Of a DNA stretch of 43,119 nt, positions 13,999 to 23,290 are shown piece after piece. Location: positions 1 to 43,119 of IMG/VR virus record IMGVR_UViG_3300010287_000001; one strand, 5' to 3'. Each line of letters starts with the position of its first letter. Position 1 is the stretch's first letter. Source of the DNA: a virus. The translations under genes were made by a program, and so were the position numbers. The notes beneath the pieces are model-generated. The model saw nothing but the letters and a program-made list of their open reading frames with translations. It was not told the DNA's origin and made no database searches.

Positions 13999-16900
13999 CA
14001 CGCACCCCTCCCTCTGCGGCCTCCGCCCAGCCTCTCGGCGAGTCTGCTCTCTATCGCATCCATCATCTCGTTACCCAACTCATAGCCGCCGGTGGCTGTC
14101 GAATGTATGACGATGGCACCGGCCTCGAATACGATGTTGCCTCCACCCGCACCCACAGCGGCAAATTGCATGGTGTTGAAGTTAGGCAGCCTGGCGTCGA
14201 GAATCGAGCGGATGTCCTGAATCGGAGCGACGATAGCATTCAGGTTCGCCAGCGGCGCCATGAGGTCGGTGAGGATGTCCCGTGTCGGGCCAGTGATCTC
14301 ACTGACCTGGCGACCGCTGCCAGACGGCCTTGATGGAGCTGCCCCGCCTCCCGTGCCTCCTGATGGAGGTGTAGCCACGCCGCCAATACCGCCGAGTTTC
14401 TGTTGCAGCTCGTTTTGGACCGCCGCTAGTGCGATCAGGAGGCCTCCGATGACTATCCAGCCCAGCGGGTTCCACATGTTGGCGATGGCTTGGCTCACTA
14501 ACTCCGCGATACCCATCGCAGCGACGGCTGCGGTTAGGATATGGTTGATCGCGGTGCGGACGAACTGGAGTAAAATCTCCTCCCAGCTGCCAGTCCCAGT
14601 TAGCCACATCTCACCCATGGCTACGGCCATCTTCTCGAACGCTTCACCGATGCTCTGAGCGGCTTTCATCCACTTGTCACGCAGCCGGTCGGCCTGATCC
14701 AATGCCCTCTCCGTCACAGTTGCCACTGTGTGAGCCGCGAACTCCACCGCGGGGATGCCCTGTATGATGCCCTCGGTCCATGCCTCGACGACTCGCCGGC
14801 CGCCCTCGTCGATGTCGGAGAGTGGGCCTTTTGGCGGCGGCGACTGGCCGACAAGATAATCGGCCATCCCCTGAGCGAGGGTCTCCGCCATCTCGCGGAC
14901 ATCGCCTTCGCTGTCATAACCGGCCTGAATCCACGAATCGACGGTGGCGGTCATACCGTCGTACATGGCCTGTATCTGTCGGTTGATCTCGTCGTTGAGG
15001 ATATCGGTCCGCAGAGCCGACTGATCGGCGATGATGGCTGTCTGCTGTGCCTGTGCTTGCTCGATAGCGGCTGTCTGGCCCGTGATGGCACTGATGACAC
15101 CCTTCACGTCGTCGGCAACCTTGGTACCGAGGTCGCCAAACGCGACCTTGGTACCCTCGAGGGCGACCTGAATTCGCTTGGAGTTCTCCTCCAGCGCTTG
15201 TTGCAGCTCAGCTACACGAGCCTCGGATGCATCGGCGCTCTCTGCGATGCTGTCCCTGAGCCCCTTGAACTTGTCACCCAGGCCGAACGGCAACTTCTCG
15301 AGAATGCCGAGCTTCTCGATCATCGCGTTGACGGCGTTCAGGACGACGGATTTCATCTCCTCGAACGCGATGGAGATGTATAGACCTAGCTGCGTAACGT
15401 TTGCCTTGAGCAGCTCCCATGTGGCGACCAGGGCCGCTTTTACCTCATCCCAGGCCCGATACACCTCGTACGCAACCGCCGCCAGACCGACGATCGCACC
15501 GATGGTCGCGAGCGCCGGTGCGGATATGCCGGCTATCGCGGGAATGAGTGTTTTCATCACGAATCCACCGAGAGTAGCTAGGAACGGGAGCAAGACACCG
15601 ACTGCGGATGTAACCTTGCCGATTATGAGCGCTACCGGCCCGATGGCCGCCGCGAGAGCAGCCACGATGACTATCGTCCGCTGCGTCTCGGGATTGAGGC
15701 TGCCTAGCCAGTCAGCGAATTTCCCGATCTCCTTCACAACCGAGGTTATGGCCGGCAGGAGGATCTCGCCGAACGTGATTGCCACGTCAGTGAGCGAGTT
15801 TTTCATCATCTGGAGCTGGGACTCAGTCGTCGCATACCGCTGCTCTGCCTCTTTGGTTAGTGCTATGTTTTCGTTCCAGGCCTCCGTGCCTATGACGACG
15901 GCGTTCGCAAACACCTCTTGCGCACCGGCGGCTCGGAGCAGCGAGTCGCGGAGCCGAATCTCGGTGATGCCCATCTCCTCCAGGACGGCTATCGCCGAGA
16001 CGCCGCGCTCCTCCGCCGTGGCGAGACCTTCGATGAACGAGCCAATGGTGGCTACGGCGTCCTCCTTGAACGCCTCGCTGAACTCCTCTGCGCTCTGCCC
16101 AGTGACCGCAGCGAACTGCTCGAGGTCGCGGGCTGCGGTCACGTAGTCCTTGAGCTCAGTGCCGGTTAGGCCGATCGAGGCGGCCACTTCCTTGAAGGCT
16201 TTGGCGTCCTCGTTGGACAGAATCTCGAGGTCACGCAGGCTCCTGCCGGTCTGAGCAATAATCTCATTCGCTCTGGGGCCGATCTCAGACGCGAGCTGCA
16301 TCTGCATCATGAGCTTACTGAACGCCGAACCGCCGGCCTCGGCCCTGATTCCTACCGAGCTGAGTGCACCAGACAGGGCCATGATCTCGGCCTCTGCCAG
16401 TCCGACCTGAGCACCGGCACCAGCGAGCCTCAGACCCATCTCGACTATCTCAGCTTCGGTGGTGGCAAGGTTGTTGCCGAGAGCCACGACGGTCGCACCC
16501 AGACGGTCAAACTGGTCCTGTGGCATCTGCACGATGTTGGCGAACCGTGCCAGGTTGGTCGCGGCTTCCTCGGCTGTCAGGTTGGTGGCAACGCCGAGGT
16601 CGGTCATTGTGCGAGTGAAGCTCAGAATATGAGGAACAGCTATGCCAAGCTGACCAGCAGCTTCAGCGACGCCGGCGATCTCGGTGGCCGCTGCAGGGAT
16701 TTCCTTCGCCATGTCACGGATGCCCTGCTCGAGAGTGGCGAACTCTTCTTCGGACGCGTCGACGGTTTTCCTCACGCCGGCAAATGCCGACTCGAAATCA
16801 ATGGCACTCTTCCCAGCCGCAAAACCCAGTGCCGTGAGCGGAGCGGTCACGTTCATGGACCACTTCTTACCCACGTCGGTCAATTTCTTCCCGAGACCCT

Positions 16901-17324
16901 CGAGCTTCTGGCCTATTTCCGCACTCTTGGCTGCGAACTCGCTGTTTTGCAGATTGACCTGTTTGAGTTGCCCCTCGTACGACCTGAGCTGGTCCTCGGT
17001 CTTGACGAGCTCGCGCTGAAACGCCCGATACTGTTCCTGGGATATTTCACCCTTTCGGAACTGCTCATTCACCTGTTCCTGGGCGATTTTAAGGGTGTCG
17101 AGTTTCTTTCGGGTGTTCTCAACCTGGTCAGCAAGCAGCTGCTGCTTCTGCGCCAAAAGCTCGGTATCGTGCGGGTTGAATTTGAGGAGCTTCTCGACTT
17201 GGCGCAGCTCGCTCTGGATGTCACGAGCGAGCTTGTTGATGTCGGACAGGGCTGTCGCCAGCCCTGTCGTATCCGATCCAATCTGTATGGTGATGCCCTT
17301 GATCGTGGCAGCCACAGCCGTCAC
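13998..17324 (-). CDS. Tail tape measure protein (TP901-type core)
   Basis: 1108 aa, coiled-coil rich. Conserved core GVRKTVDASEEEFATLEQGIRDMAKEIPAAATEIAGVAEAAGQLGI. Hydrophobic glycine-rich central segments. Confidence 0.9.
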   Translation of the reverse strand: MTAVAATIKGITIQIGSDTTGLATALSDINKLARDIQSELRQVEKLLKFNPHDTELLAQKQQLLADQVENTRKKLDTLKIAQEQVNEQFRKGEISQEQYRAFQRELVKTEDQLRSYEGQLKQVNLQNSEFAAKSAEIGQKLEGLGKKLTDVGKKWSMNVTAPLTALGFAAGKSAIDFESAFAGVRKTVDASEEEFATLEQGIRDMAKEIPAAATEIAGVAEAAGQLGIAVPHILSFTRTMTDLGVATNLTAEEAATNLARFANIVQMPQDQFDRLGATVVALGNNLATTEAEIVEMGLRLAGAGAQVGLAEAEIMALSGALSSVGIRAEAGGSAFSKLMMQMQLASEIGPRANEIIAQTGRSLRDLEILSNEDAKAFKEVAASIGLTGTELKDYVTAARDLEQFAAVTGQSAEEFSEAFKEDAVATIGSFIEGLATAEERGVSAIAVLEEMGITEIRLRDSLLRAAGAQEVFANAVVIGTEAWNENIALTKEAEQRYATTESQLQMMKNSLTDVAITFGEILLPAITSVVKEIGKFADWLGSLNPETQRTIVIVAALAAAIGPVALIIGKVTSAVGVLLPFLATLGGFVMKTLIPAIAGISAPALATIGAIVGLAAVAYEVYRAWDEVKAALVATWELLKANVTQLGLYISIAFEEMKSVVLNAVNAMIEKLGILEKLPFGLGDKFKGLRDSIAESADASEARVAELQQALEENSKRIQVALEGTKVAFGDLGTKVADDVKGVISAITGQTAAIEQAQAQQTAIIADQSALRTDILNDEINRQIQAMYDGMTATVDSWIQAGYDSEGDVREMAETLAQGMADYLVGQSPPPKGPLSDIDEGGRRVVEAWTEGIIQGIPAVEFAAHTVATVTERALDQADRLRDKWMKAAQSIGEAFEKMAVAMGEMWLTGTGSWEEILLQFVRTAINHILTAAVAAMGIAELVSQAIANMWNPLGWIVIGGLLIALAAVQNELQQKLGGIGGVATPPSGGTGGGAAPSRPSGSGRQVSEITGPTRDILTDLMAPLANLNAIVAPIQDIRSILDARLPNFNTMQFAAVGAGGGNIVFEAGAIVIHSTATGGYELGNEMMDAIESRLAERLGGGRRGRGA

Positions 17325-17353
17325 CTGCCTCTATCGCAGGCAGGCATGGCTCG

Positions 17354-17494
17354 CTACTTACTGTGCGGCTCGCTCTGTCCTTCCACTTTCACTTCCACAA
17401 TCCGTTTGCACCTGGGACACTTGATCTCGATCTCAGCCGTCCCCCGGGCCATGAACAATAGCCAGTTGCAGTGAGGGCACCGTGCCTCTTTCAT
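17354..17494 (-). CDS. com: Com-family zinc-finger protein (46 aa), not in the ORF track
   Basis: Hand translation gives MKEARCPHCNWLLFMARGTAEIEIKCPRCKRIVEVKVEGQSEPHSK. Compare Mu Com MKSIRCKNCNKLLFKA...HIEIRCPRCKR. SD GAGGGGGTG lies 6 nt upstream. Confidence 0.65.
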   Translation of the reverse strand: MKEARCPHCNWLLFMARGTAEIEIKCPRCKRIVEVKVEGQSEPHSK

Positions 17495-17506
17495 TTCGGC
17501 ACCCCC

Positions 17507-17758
17507 TCAATTCAGCAATGCGTCTATATCCGCCTGTGTGGCGGTGCGGGTAGCGCCCTCGCCATCGCAGTAGATCTCGGTGAACTCGAGGAAGTCCCTC
17601 ACCCTGAACAGGTTGAGCTCAAACAAGGATAAACCCATCTTCTTTGCATTACTGAGAAGCAACAGGTCCGTTCGTTCTACCGGTTCACTTCTTCTTGGAC
17701 TTCGTTGCTGGTGGGCTTGCAGCTCTGGCGGAACGAAAAAAGCCATCAATGGCCTCAT
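17507..17758 (-). CDS. Frameshift-extension ORF of the tail chaperone (gpT-like part)
   Basis: Overlaps the chaperone gene by 74 nt in the +1 (= -2) frame. No convincing SD of its own. Confidence 0.5.
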   Translation of the reverse strand: MRPLMAFFVPPELQAHQQRSPRRSEPVERTDLLLLSNAKKMGLSLFELNLFRVRDFLEFTEIYCDGEGATRTATQADIDALLN

Positions 17759-18065
17759 CCGCCACCGCTAGAAGCCACTCACCGTCGCCGAAGTCGATGC
17801 CCTCCAGCTCCGACAGCCACTGCTCAAAGCTCGGGAAGCTCTTCTCCGGTTTGGCCGCTCGATTCATCGCATACGCGATCTGGAGCAGTAGGACCGAGTC
17901 GAGACCGCTAAGGTCGCCTTCTGCGAGACCTTGCAGCGACCGCAGCCCTACGAGGTCGGCAATTAGATCCTTGTTGAACGCCTGTCGGTAAAACAAGAGG
18001 GCCAGCGGACTGGCCCTCAGCTCGAGTTCCTTGTTACCCAGCCTAACTTTTCTCATGTCACTCAC
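17685..18065 (-). CDS. Tail assembly chaperone (gpG-like)
   Basis: Lies between the major tail and TMP genes. 126 aa. Overlaps a downstream ORF in another frame at a T6 run. Confidence 0.7.
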   Translation of the reverse strand: MSDMRKVRLGNKELELRASPLALLFYRQAFNKDLIADLVGLRSLQGLAEGDLSGLDSVLLLQIAYAMNRAAKPEKSFPSFEQWLSELEGIDFGDGEWLLAVADEAIDGFFRSARAASPPATKSKKK

Positions 18066-18633
18066 CTCCGGCTGGCAGGGTTACCGCGTCGAAGAACGCG
18101 TCGTACGCCGCCTGATTGGTCTCGCTCAGCTCGATGACGGCCTTGACGACCCGTTTGCCGCCAACTTCCAGCGGCAGTATCGTCAAGCTCAGTTTCTCGG
18201 TCGTCGGAGTGATAGAGTCAGTCGTGGTGGCGCTAGCCTGGGCCGGCCTACTCGCCGCGCAGCGGTAGTAGACGAAACGGCGGTTCTTCGCGTCGCCCTG
18301 AACCTGTGCCATCAACGCAAACTCCTTCGGCACGGCCTCCGCGTCCTCGATCAGCATCCCATTGCTGTCAATCTCCCAGCCCAGCATCTCCGCCAGAACC
18401 TCATCCGGTACCAACGCCATCTCAAGCTCGGCAGTGTAGCCGTTGTTCGTCCGGCGCACATAGTACTTCGTGTTATCCGCGTAAAACGTACTCTCACCGC
18501 CATCGGGATTCGCGGAGAAGTTGACTGCGCCCGGAATCGCCACCGGCGTGTCCCAGGACGGTCTCCCGTCTACATCCTCACCGCGGAAGGCGATGTGGAC
18601 CTGCTCCAAACCAAAACGAACTTTGTTCGCCAT
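18058..18633 (-). CDS. Major tail protein (phi13-type)
   Basis: MANKVRFGLEQVHIA...TFYADN...YTAELEMALVPDEVLAEMLG fits the pattern of phi13-family major tail proteins. Position is also consistent. Confidence 0.8.
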   Translation of the reverse strand: MANKVRFGLEQVHIAFRGEDVDGRPSWDTPVAIPGAVNFSANPDGGESTFYADNTKYYVRRTNNGYTAELEMALVPDEVLAEMLGWEIDSNGMLIEDAEAVPKEFALMAQVQGDAKNRRFVYYRCAASRPAQASATTTDSITPTTEKLSLTILPLEVGGKRVVKAVIELSETNQAAYDAFFDAVTLPAGGE

Positions 18634-18634
18634 T

Positions 18635-18958
18635 TCAGTTTCCTCCTAGTAATCGAACTTGATAGATGATCTGGTAGAGTCCCTCGCTCTCGAGGTAGGT
18701 CTCGACCTTCTGATACGGTATTCTCAGCTCCCGGAGCTTGTCCTCGATCAGCTTCTCACTCGGTGGGTGCTTGATTGTGTGGTAGAGCTCTAGCTGGTAG
18801 TTGCCTACCTCAGCGTAATTCTGGTTATCGGCCTGGATGTCTGACCCGTAGCTGTGCAGCACGATGGTGTACGGCGGAGCCGGCGGTGTGGCAAAATGGT
18901 GGTAGGTGCAAGGGAATCCCAGGTCCTTCATTGCCTGGATCAAGCCCATGTAGGTCAT
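18635..18958 (-). CDS. Tail completion / terminator-position protein
   Basis: Assigned by position between the gp10-like and major tail genes. ATGA coupling. Confidence 0.45.
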   Translation of the reverse strand: MTYMGLIQAMKDLGFPCTYHHFATPPAPPYTIVLHSYGSDIQADNQNYAEVGNYQLELYHTIKHPPSEKLIEDKLRELRIPYQKVETYLESEGLYQIIYQVRLLGGN

Positions 18959-19344
18959 ACTGCACCACCCCGCTCGATGATCTGTTTAATCCGCTGCTCC
19001 ATCGCAGGGATGTGACGATCAACAGCTGGGCGGATATGGGGGCGCCCCTCCACTCTGCCGCCGCCCTTCTTTGCATGGCCATGCTCAAGGAGGTGAGCGA
19101 GCTGAGGCCGCTTGGTGTTGTGGATTATGTGGGTCACCTGGTGGCTCGACTTGCTCTTGCGCCGAGACCAGCCCTTGGCGTACTCGCCTGTGCGCTTGGG
19201 TGCGTTGGCTTTGATGTCCTCAAGGACGGCATTGGCCGTAGCCTCGACCTCCACCTCGATCGCCTGTACGACGTCATCGGTATAGTCGGCGATTGCCTGC
19301 GTGATCTCAGCCGCGAGCTGCTCGATAGTCACCGCTTTAGCCAT
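18955..19344 (-). CDS. HK97 gp10-family tail-component (neck) protein
   Basis: APKRTGEYAKGWS...LAHLLEHGHA...GRPHIRPA fits the HK97 gp10 family pattern. Confidence 0.7.
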   Translation of the reverse strand: MAKAVTIEQLAAEITQAIADYTDDVVQAIEVEVEATANAVLEDIKANAPKRTGEYAKGWSRRKSKSSHQVTHIIHNTKRPQLAHLLEHGHAKKGGGRVEGRPHIRPAVDRHIPAMEQRIKQIIERGGAV

Positions 19345-19681
19345 TCACACCAGCCTCCAGACACCTGAGTTTCACCCACATGCCGTCATCCTTGAGATGG
19401 TCGATGTGCTTGATGTCGTACGCCCGGCCCTCGTAGACGACTCGGTACTCCGTCGTGTTCAGTTGCTCGACGAACGGTGCGTGCCGGATGACAAACCCGA
19501 CTGTGTTTTGCTCGCCAACCGCTCGGGCGGCAAAATACTCCTGGCCCCACAGTTCACTGCGCTCGGCCCAGACGGTCTGCCAGTCGACCCAGCTCGTCGT
19601 TTGGTTGCCCCACTCGTCCTCACCCTCGGTGAGCTTCTGGATCGTAATCAGGCGCCGCAGGACCCGTCGCAGATCGCGCAT
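19337..19681 (-). CDS. Head-closure / head-tail adaptor protein (SPP1 gp16-like)
   Basis: ITIQKLTEGEDEWGNQTTSWVDWQTVWAE...FVIRH...YRVVYEGRAYDIKHI fits the family pattern. ATG 19681 chosen over the TTG at 19717. Confidence 0.7.
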   Translation of the reverse strand: MRDLRRVLRRLITIQKLTEGEDEWGNQTTSWVDWQTVWAERSELWGQEYFAARAVGEQNTVGFVIRHAPFVEQLNTTEYRVVYEGRAYDIKHIDHLKDDGMWVKLRCLEAGVNG

Positions 19682-19691
19682 CTTGTCCTGC

Positions 19692-19973
19692 CTATCCTGT
19701 TGTCTCCTCCACTCCAAGTTCGCTCACCCCCACCTGCAGCTGCAACCGCAGTAAGTCCCGAGCGAAGTTGCTCTCGAAATACTCGCTGGCGTTATTGTAA
19801 CTATAGCGGCAGTAGTCCAGGAGCAACGATCGAGGAGGCCCAGCAGCGTCGAAGTCGAGCTCAGCGCCAGCCAGGTCGTTGAGGTATGCCTTACCGCGCT
19901 CGATTATTGCCTGCAGCAAGGCGTCCTCGTCGTCCCAGGTGATTTTGAGATAATCCTTAACGGCGTTGAGCAT
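19692..19973 (-). CDS. Head-tail connector protein (gp6-like)
   Basis: MLNAVKDYLKITWDDEDALLQAIIERGKAYL fits the gp6-like pattern. SD GAGGTGA. Confidence 0.7.
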   Translation of the reverse strand: MLNAVKDYLKITWDDEDALLQAIIERGKAYLNDLAGAELDFDAAGPPRSLLLDYCRYSYNNASEYFESNFARDLLRLQLQVGVSELGVEETTG

Positions 19974-19977
19974 GGAC

Positions 19978-20148
19978 TCACCTCGCTTCCTCGTCCCCCG
20001 CCAGCTCCACCAGCCTGCCATACCCAGCAGAGTTGATCTCTTCCATCCGCTTGAGCGAGATAGCGAGCAAGTCCCCCGCTTTGTGGAGGGACTTGCTGTA
20101 CTTGTTCCTAAACGTGCGGATTACCCGCACCTTCACCTTGCCAGGCAT
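19978..20148 (-). CDS. Small basic protein (56 aa), not in the ORF track
   Basis: MPGKVKVRVIRTFRNKYSKSLHKAGDLLAISLKRMEEINSAGYGRLVELAGDEEAR. Fills the MCP-connector gap, with a 12-nt gap upstream and a 4-nt gap downstream. Confidence 0.45.
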   Translation of the reverse strand: MPGKVKVRVIRTFRNKYSKSLHKAGDLLAISLKRMEEINSAGYGRLVELAGDEEAR

Positions 20149-20160
20149 TGGATCAGCCCC

Positions 20161-21363
20161 TTATGCCTCTGGAGTCTCTTCAACAAGCTTCACCTTCGGC
20201 AACAAGGGCTCCAACTGGGAGATATCCAGCACGAGGAAGGACGTGTTGTCCTTCGGCTGGCCGGTACCATAGAGCTTGGTCAAGTAAACCCGCTCGTCCT
20301 CGAGGAACCGGTACTCGTCGGAGTATTCCACTCGGCCGCCCTTGCTGGTGCCCAGCCCGGCGAAGTAACGCTTGCCGATGCCCAAGACGGCCTTCCCCTC
20401 CGCCACGTACGCCGACTGCACCACCCGAGTCGGGAACGGGAACACGTTGTTGCGATAGGTTCCGTCAGGCAACAGGTACGTGGTCGCCGGCATGACCTTT
20501 TGGAAGTAGTCGACCGGGTTGACCGCAAGCAACACCTCGGTCACCTTGCGGTTCAAGCCGTTTCGATTTTTGCTCAGCGACGCGATCAACTCACCATAGG
20601 TTGCTGGGTCAAACGACGTCACCGGCATAGCCGTCTTTTCCGGATACCCAACACCGGGCGTGATGGCCCCGTCGAGGTCGCGGATCATTCCGATCGGCTC
20701 CTTGGCCTCGGCGCCGGCGCCGTTGATGACACCGTACTCCAATCCGTTGGCAATCGCTTCGGACAAGATCAGACGGATATAGCGATCGAGCCATACAGGG
20801 CCAAGGTCCAGCATCGCCTTAGCGATCGGGATGAACGCCGAGAGCTTCAGCTGCGTCAAGCTGACCTTGACAAAGCCCGCGGTCAGTTCCTTAACGATCT
20901 CGTCCGTCAAGTCACCCCACTGTGCCAAATGGCGCCCCTCTTGCGTCGAGAAGATCATCTCGATGAGAGCCGCCGTGGGCACAAAGTCGATGGCACTCAG
21001 CAGCGGGTGCTCCTCCTGGATGTCCTCGAACACTGCGTCAATGACGGTAGTAGGTAGCACCACGTCGAAGTCCGCCAGTGCCTGCTTGGGATTGCTCGAC
21101 TTCATGGCTTCGATCAGACCTTGATAGTACTTGTTCTCCTCGCTGGTCAGGACGCGAACACCACGACCCGCCAGAATCTGATTGTCAGTCGCCTGCACGA
21201 GGCCCCGGGCCTCAGCAATTACGGCTTCCTGCAAGGCGTTCGTGTACTCGACAAATGCCGACGCAAAAGCCGCTTCGTCGCCACTCTTCACTGCCTCCTG
21301 GATCTTGGCCGTCCATTCGGCCTTCTGTTGCTTCAAAAGGTCCAGATTCTTCAATTCATTCAT
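20161..21363 (-). CDS. Major capsid protein, HK97 family
   Basis: 400 aa with an N-terminal delta-like helical region. Follows the protease gene. Typical family length and composition. Confidence 0.9.
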   Translation of the reverse strand: MNELKNLDLLKQQKAEWTAKIQEAVKSGDEAAFASAFVEYTNALQEAVIAEARGLVQATDNQILAGRGVRVLTSEENKYYQGLIEAMKSSNPKQALADFDVVLPTTVIDAVFEDIQEEHPLLSAIDFVPTAALIEMIFSTQEGRHLAQWGDLTDEIVKELTAGFVKVSLTQLKLSAFIPIAKAMLDLGPVWLDRYIRLILSEAIANGLEYGVINGAGAEAKEPIGMIRDLDGAITPGVGYPEKTAMPVTSFDPATYGELIASLSKNRNGLNRKVTEVLLAVNPVDYFQKVMPATTYLLPDGTYRNNVFPFPTRVVQSAYVAEGKAVLGIGKRYFAGLGTSKGGRVEYSDEYRFLEDERVYLTKLYGTGQPKDNTSFLVLDISQLEPLLPKVKLVEETPEA

Positions 21364-22135
21364 CTCCTTCTAGTCTAGCGGCCAAAGCCGCCATGAAATT
21401 AAACAAGCCCTTGCTCTGCGGCTCGGGCTCGGGTTCCGGCTCGGGTTTCTCCTGCGCCATCAACTCCTTCAACCGAGCAGCCAATGCGTCAACATCCAGC
21501 GAGCTGCGCTGAGACTGCCGACTCAAGATCGCGTCTCGTATCTGCTGACGCTGACGCAGGCTTGCCGCAGCCTTGTCCGTGGTGGCCGGGTTCACCACAG
21601 CCGTCGCAAACCCCATCTCAAGCGCATCCGCAGCGGAGATCCATGTCTCAGCGTCCATCATCTCCCTGAGCTTGTCCTCTGAGATGTTGACGTGGTTGAG
21701 GTATGCCTGGATAGTGGCTGCATTAATCACCTCGAGATCATCGGCATTCTTGCGGAGATCATTCTGGTCGCCCACGGCGAGCATCCACGCGTTGTGAATC
21801 ATCAGGAGCGAGGCGTTAGACATGACCCGCTCGTCTCCAGCCATGAACACCACGCTGGCAGCGGAGCAAGCAAAGCCGTCGCAGTATGTCCTGACTTTAG
21901 CCTTGTGCCGCCTTAGCGCGTTGTAGATGGCCAATCCTTCGGCCACCTCGCCGCCGTAGCTGTTGATGTGGACGCTGATGGTGTCTGTCTCTAACCCCTG
22001 AATCTCCTGGGCTAGGTTGTAGCTGCTGACGTCGTTTTCGAGCACTGGCCAGCTCGTGATGTCACCGTAGATGTAGATGTCAGCTCGTTTCTCGTCCTGG
22101 TTGACCACCAAGGAGTAGTACCGCTTTTTGTCCAT
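21356..22135 (-). CDS. Prohead maturation protease, ClpP-like (S14)
   Basis: INSYGGEV...GFACSAASVVFMAG...LMIHNAW contains the Ser/His catalytic context. The C-terminal scaffold-like tail includes (EP)5. Confidence 0.9.
   Translation of the reverse strand: MDKKRYYSLVVNQDEKRADIYIYGDITSWPVLENDVSSYNLAQEIQGLETDTISVHINSYGGEVAEGLAIYNALRRHKAKVRTYCDGFACSAASVVFMAGDERVMSNASLLMIHNAWMLAVGDQNDLRKNADDLEVINAATIQAYLNHVNISEDKLREMMDAETWISAADALEMGFATAVVNPATTDKAAASLRQRQQIRDAILSRQSQRSSLDVDALAARLKELMAQEKPEPEPEPEPQSKGLFNFMAALAARLEGDE
21420..21449. repeat. Imperfect hexanucleotide tandem repeat (GGCTCG-like x5) encoding EPEPEPEPEP
   Basis: The sequence is ggctcgggctcgggttccggctcgggtttc, inside the 3' part of the protease gene. 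Confidence 0.7.
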
Positions 22136-23290
22136 CTATTCACCTCCTCCCGCCACCACCTCGTCAATGGGCTGGTAGTTCTTGGTCACGAATCGCTGTT
22201 GCCCAATTTCCCCGCCAATCGGCTCCATACCGAGATGGACTAGGCAGTCATCGACGGTGTAGGCACCGATGCGGAAGAGGATGTCGAGGGCACCAGCAAC
22301 ATCCTTGATGTCAACAGCCCTGATATGCGTCGTGTCGAGTTTGACGTACGTGCGCTGCAAGTAGTTCTCTTTGCCATACATCTTGCGGTTGATCTCGTCG
22401 CAAATCAGCTTGGCCAGTGGGTTGATACAGGTAGTTAGGAACACCTTAAACGCGTCATCCGTCTGCGCTACGTCGCCCTTGAGCAGCTTGGGCGGGATCT
22501 GGAAGGCGATCGCGACCATGTCGAATACGTCGTCGATGAAGGCCCTGATGTCCCGGCCCTCCATGCTGCCCTTTGTGGTGGCTGCGCCGTGCTCGATCTC
22601 GCTGTAGGTGATGCCGTTTGTCAGTGGTATGACTGCGTCGGACTCAGCCTCGAAGAACGTCTTGAACCGCTTCTCCAGCAGTTCCCGCAGCTCCGTTTGC
22701 GCCTTTTCTGTCTGCGGGTAGTTAGTCGGGATCGTGAGCGATCCTTTACGCGACGCATTTCTCTTGTAGTGCTTTTGGGCGGCGGCGATCAGCTTCCCAT
22801 ACGAGAGATAGAGACCGTCGATGGTGTCCCGAATCCTCTCATTGTGCAACTCAAGATGGAGCACTTCAGACTCGCGATGCTTCGTCGTCAAATTCAAATC
22901 GCCAATCCGGATGTCCGTGTATAGGTTCTCGATGAACGTCCCAGACACAACGTTGTACGAGTCAGCAAGGTAGAGATGCTCTCCTTGCATGATAACCAGA
23001 CACTCGTTGTCGTGGACCAGTCGGTAAACCACGTCACGCCAGAACTTGCTTGCACTCCTGTTGGGGTTCGGCTCGACGTTGAAGAGGTAGTAGTTGTCTC
23101 CCCGATGCTCCTGGCCCTTGGCGTAGGTGCGAAACTCCGCCCTGGCGACGGTATTGGCTATCAGGTTGATGCAGGCCTGGATCGCCAGGTTCCGGAAATA
23201 GACCTCGGTGGCGAGCGCAGCCACATGAGTGCTGAGGTCGAGGCGTCCATCTCTATCGAACCAGCTCAAAAAGGTTTGCCATAGCCCCAA
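22136..23290 (-). CDS. Portal protein (HK97 family)
   Basis: 384 aa, between TerL and the protease. The only in-frame start near the SD GAGGGGGTGA is a TTG. Confidence 0.88.
   Translation of the reverse strand: MGLWQTFLSWFDRDGRLDLSTHVAALATEVYFRNLAIQACINLIANTVARAEFRTYAKGQEHRGDNYYLFNVEPNPNRSASKFWRDVVYRLVHDNECLVIMQGEHLYLADSYNVVSGTFIENLYTDIRIGDLNLTTKHRESEVLHLELHNERIRDTIDGLYLSYGKLIAAAQKHYKRNASRKGSLTIPTNYPQTEKAQTELRELLEKRFKTFFEAESDAVIPLTNGITYSEIEHGAATTKGSMEGRDIRAFIDDVFDMVAIAFQIPPKLLKGDVAQTDDAFKVFLTTCINPLAKLICDEINRKMYGKENYLQRTYVKLDTTHIRAVDIKDVAGALDILFRIGAYTVDDCLVHLGMEPIGGEIGQQRFVTKNYQPIDEVVAGGGE

Noticed and set aside
15178-16146. Long plus-strand ORFs antisense to structural or replication genes: 15178-16146 (322 aa), 14730-15383, 16629-17474 (281 aa), 19966-21057 (363 aa), 30661-31437 (258 aa), 37588-38277 (229 aa), 26064-26669 and 35643-36275.
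   Set aside because: Each lies entirely opposite a minus-strand gene with clear family motifs (TMP, MCP, DnaC-like, SbcC-like, rSAM, RecT). Their products are Ser/Arg/Ala/Pro-rich low-complexity sequences typical of shadow frames in GC-rich DNA, and they lack SDs.
21420-21449. The GC-rich hexanucleotide repeat as a possible phase-variation tract.
   Set aside because: The unit length is a multiple of three and the repeat is imperfect. It encodes an (EP)5 linker in the protease/scaffold C-terminus, so length changes would stay in frame.
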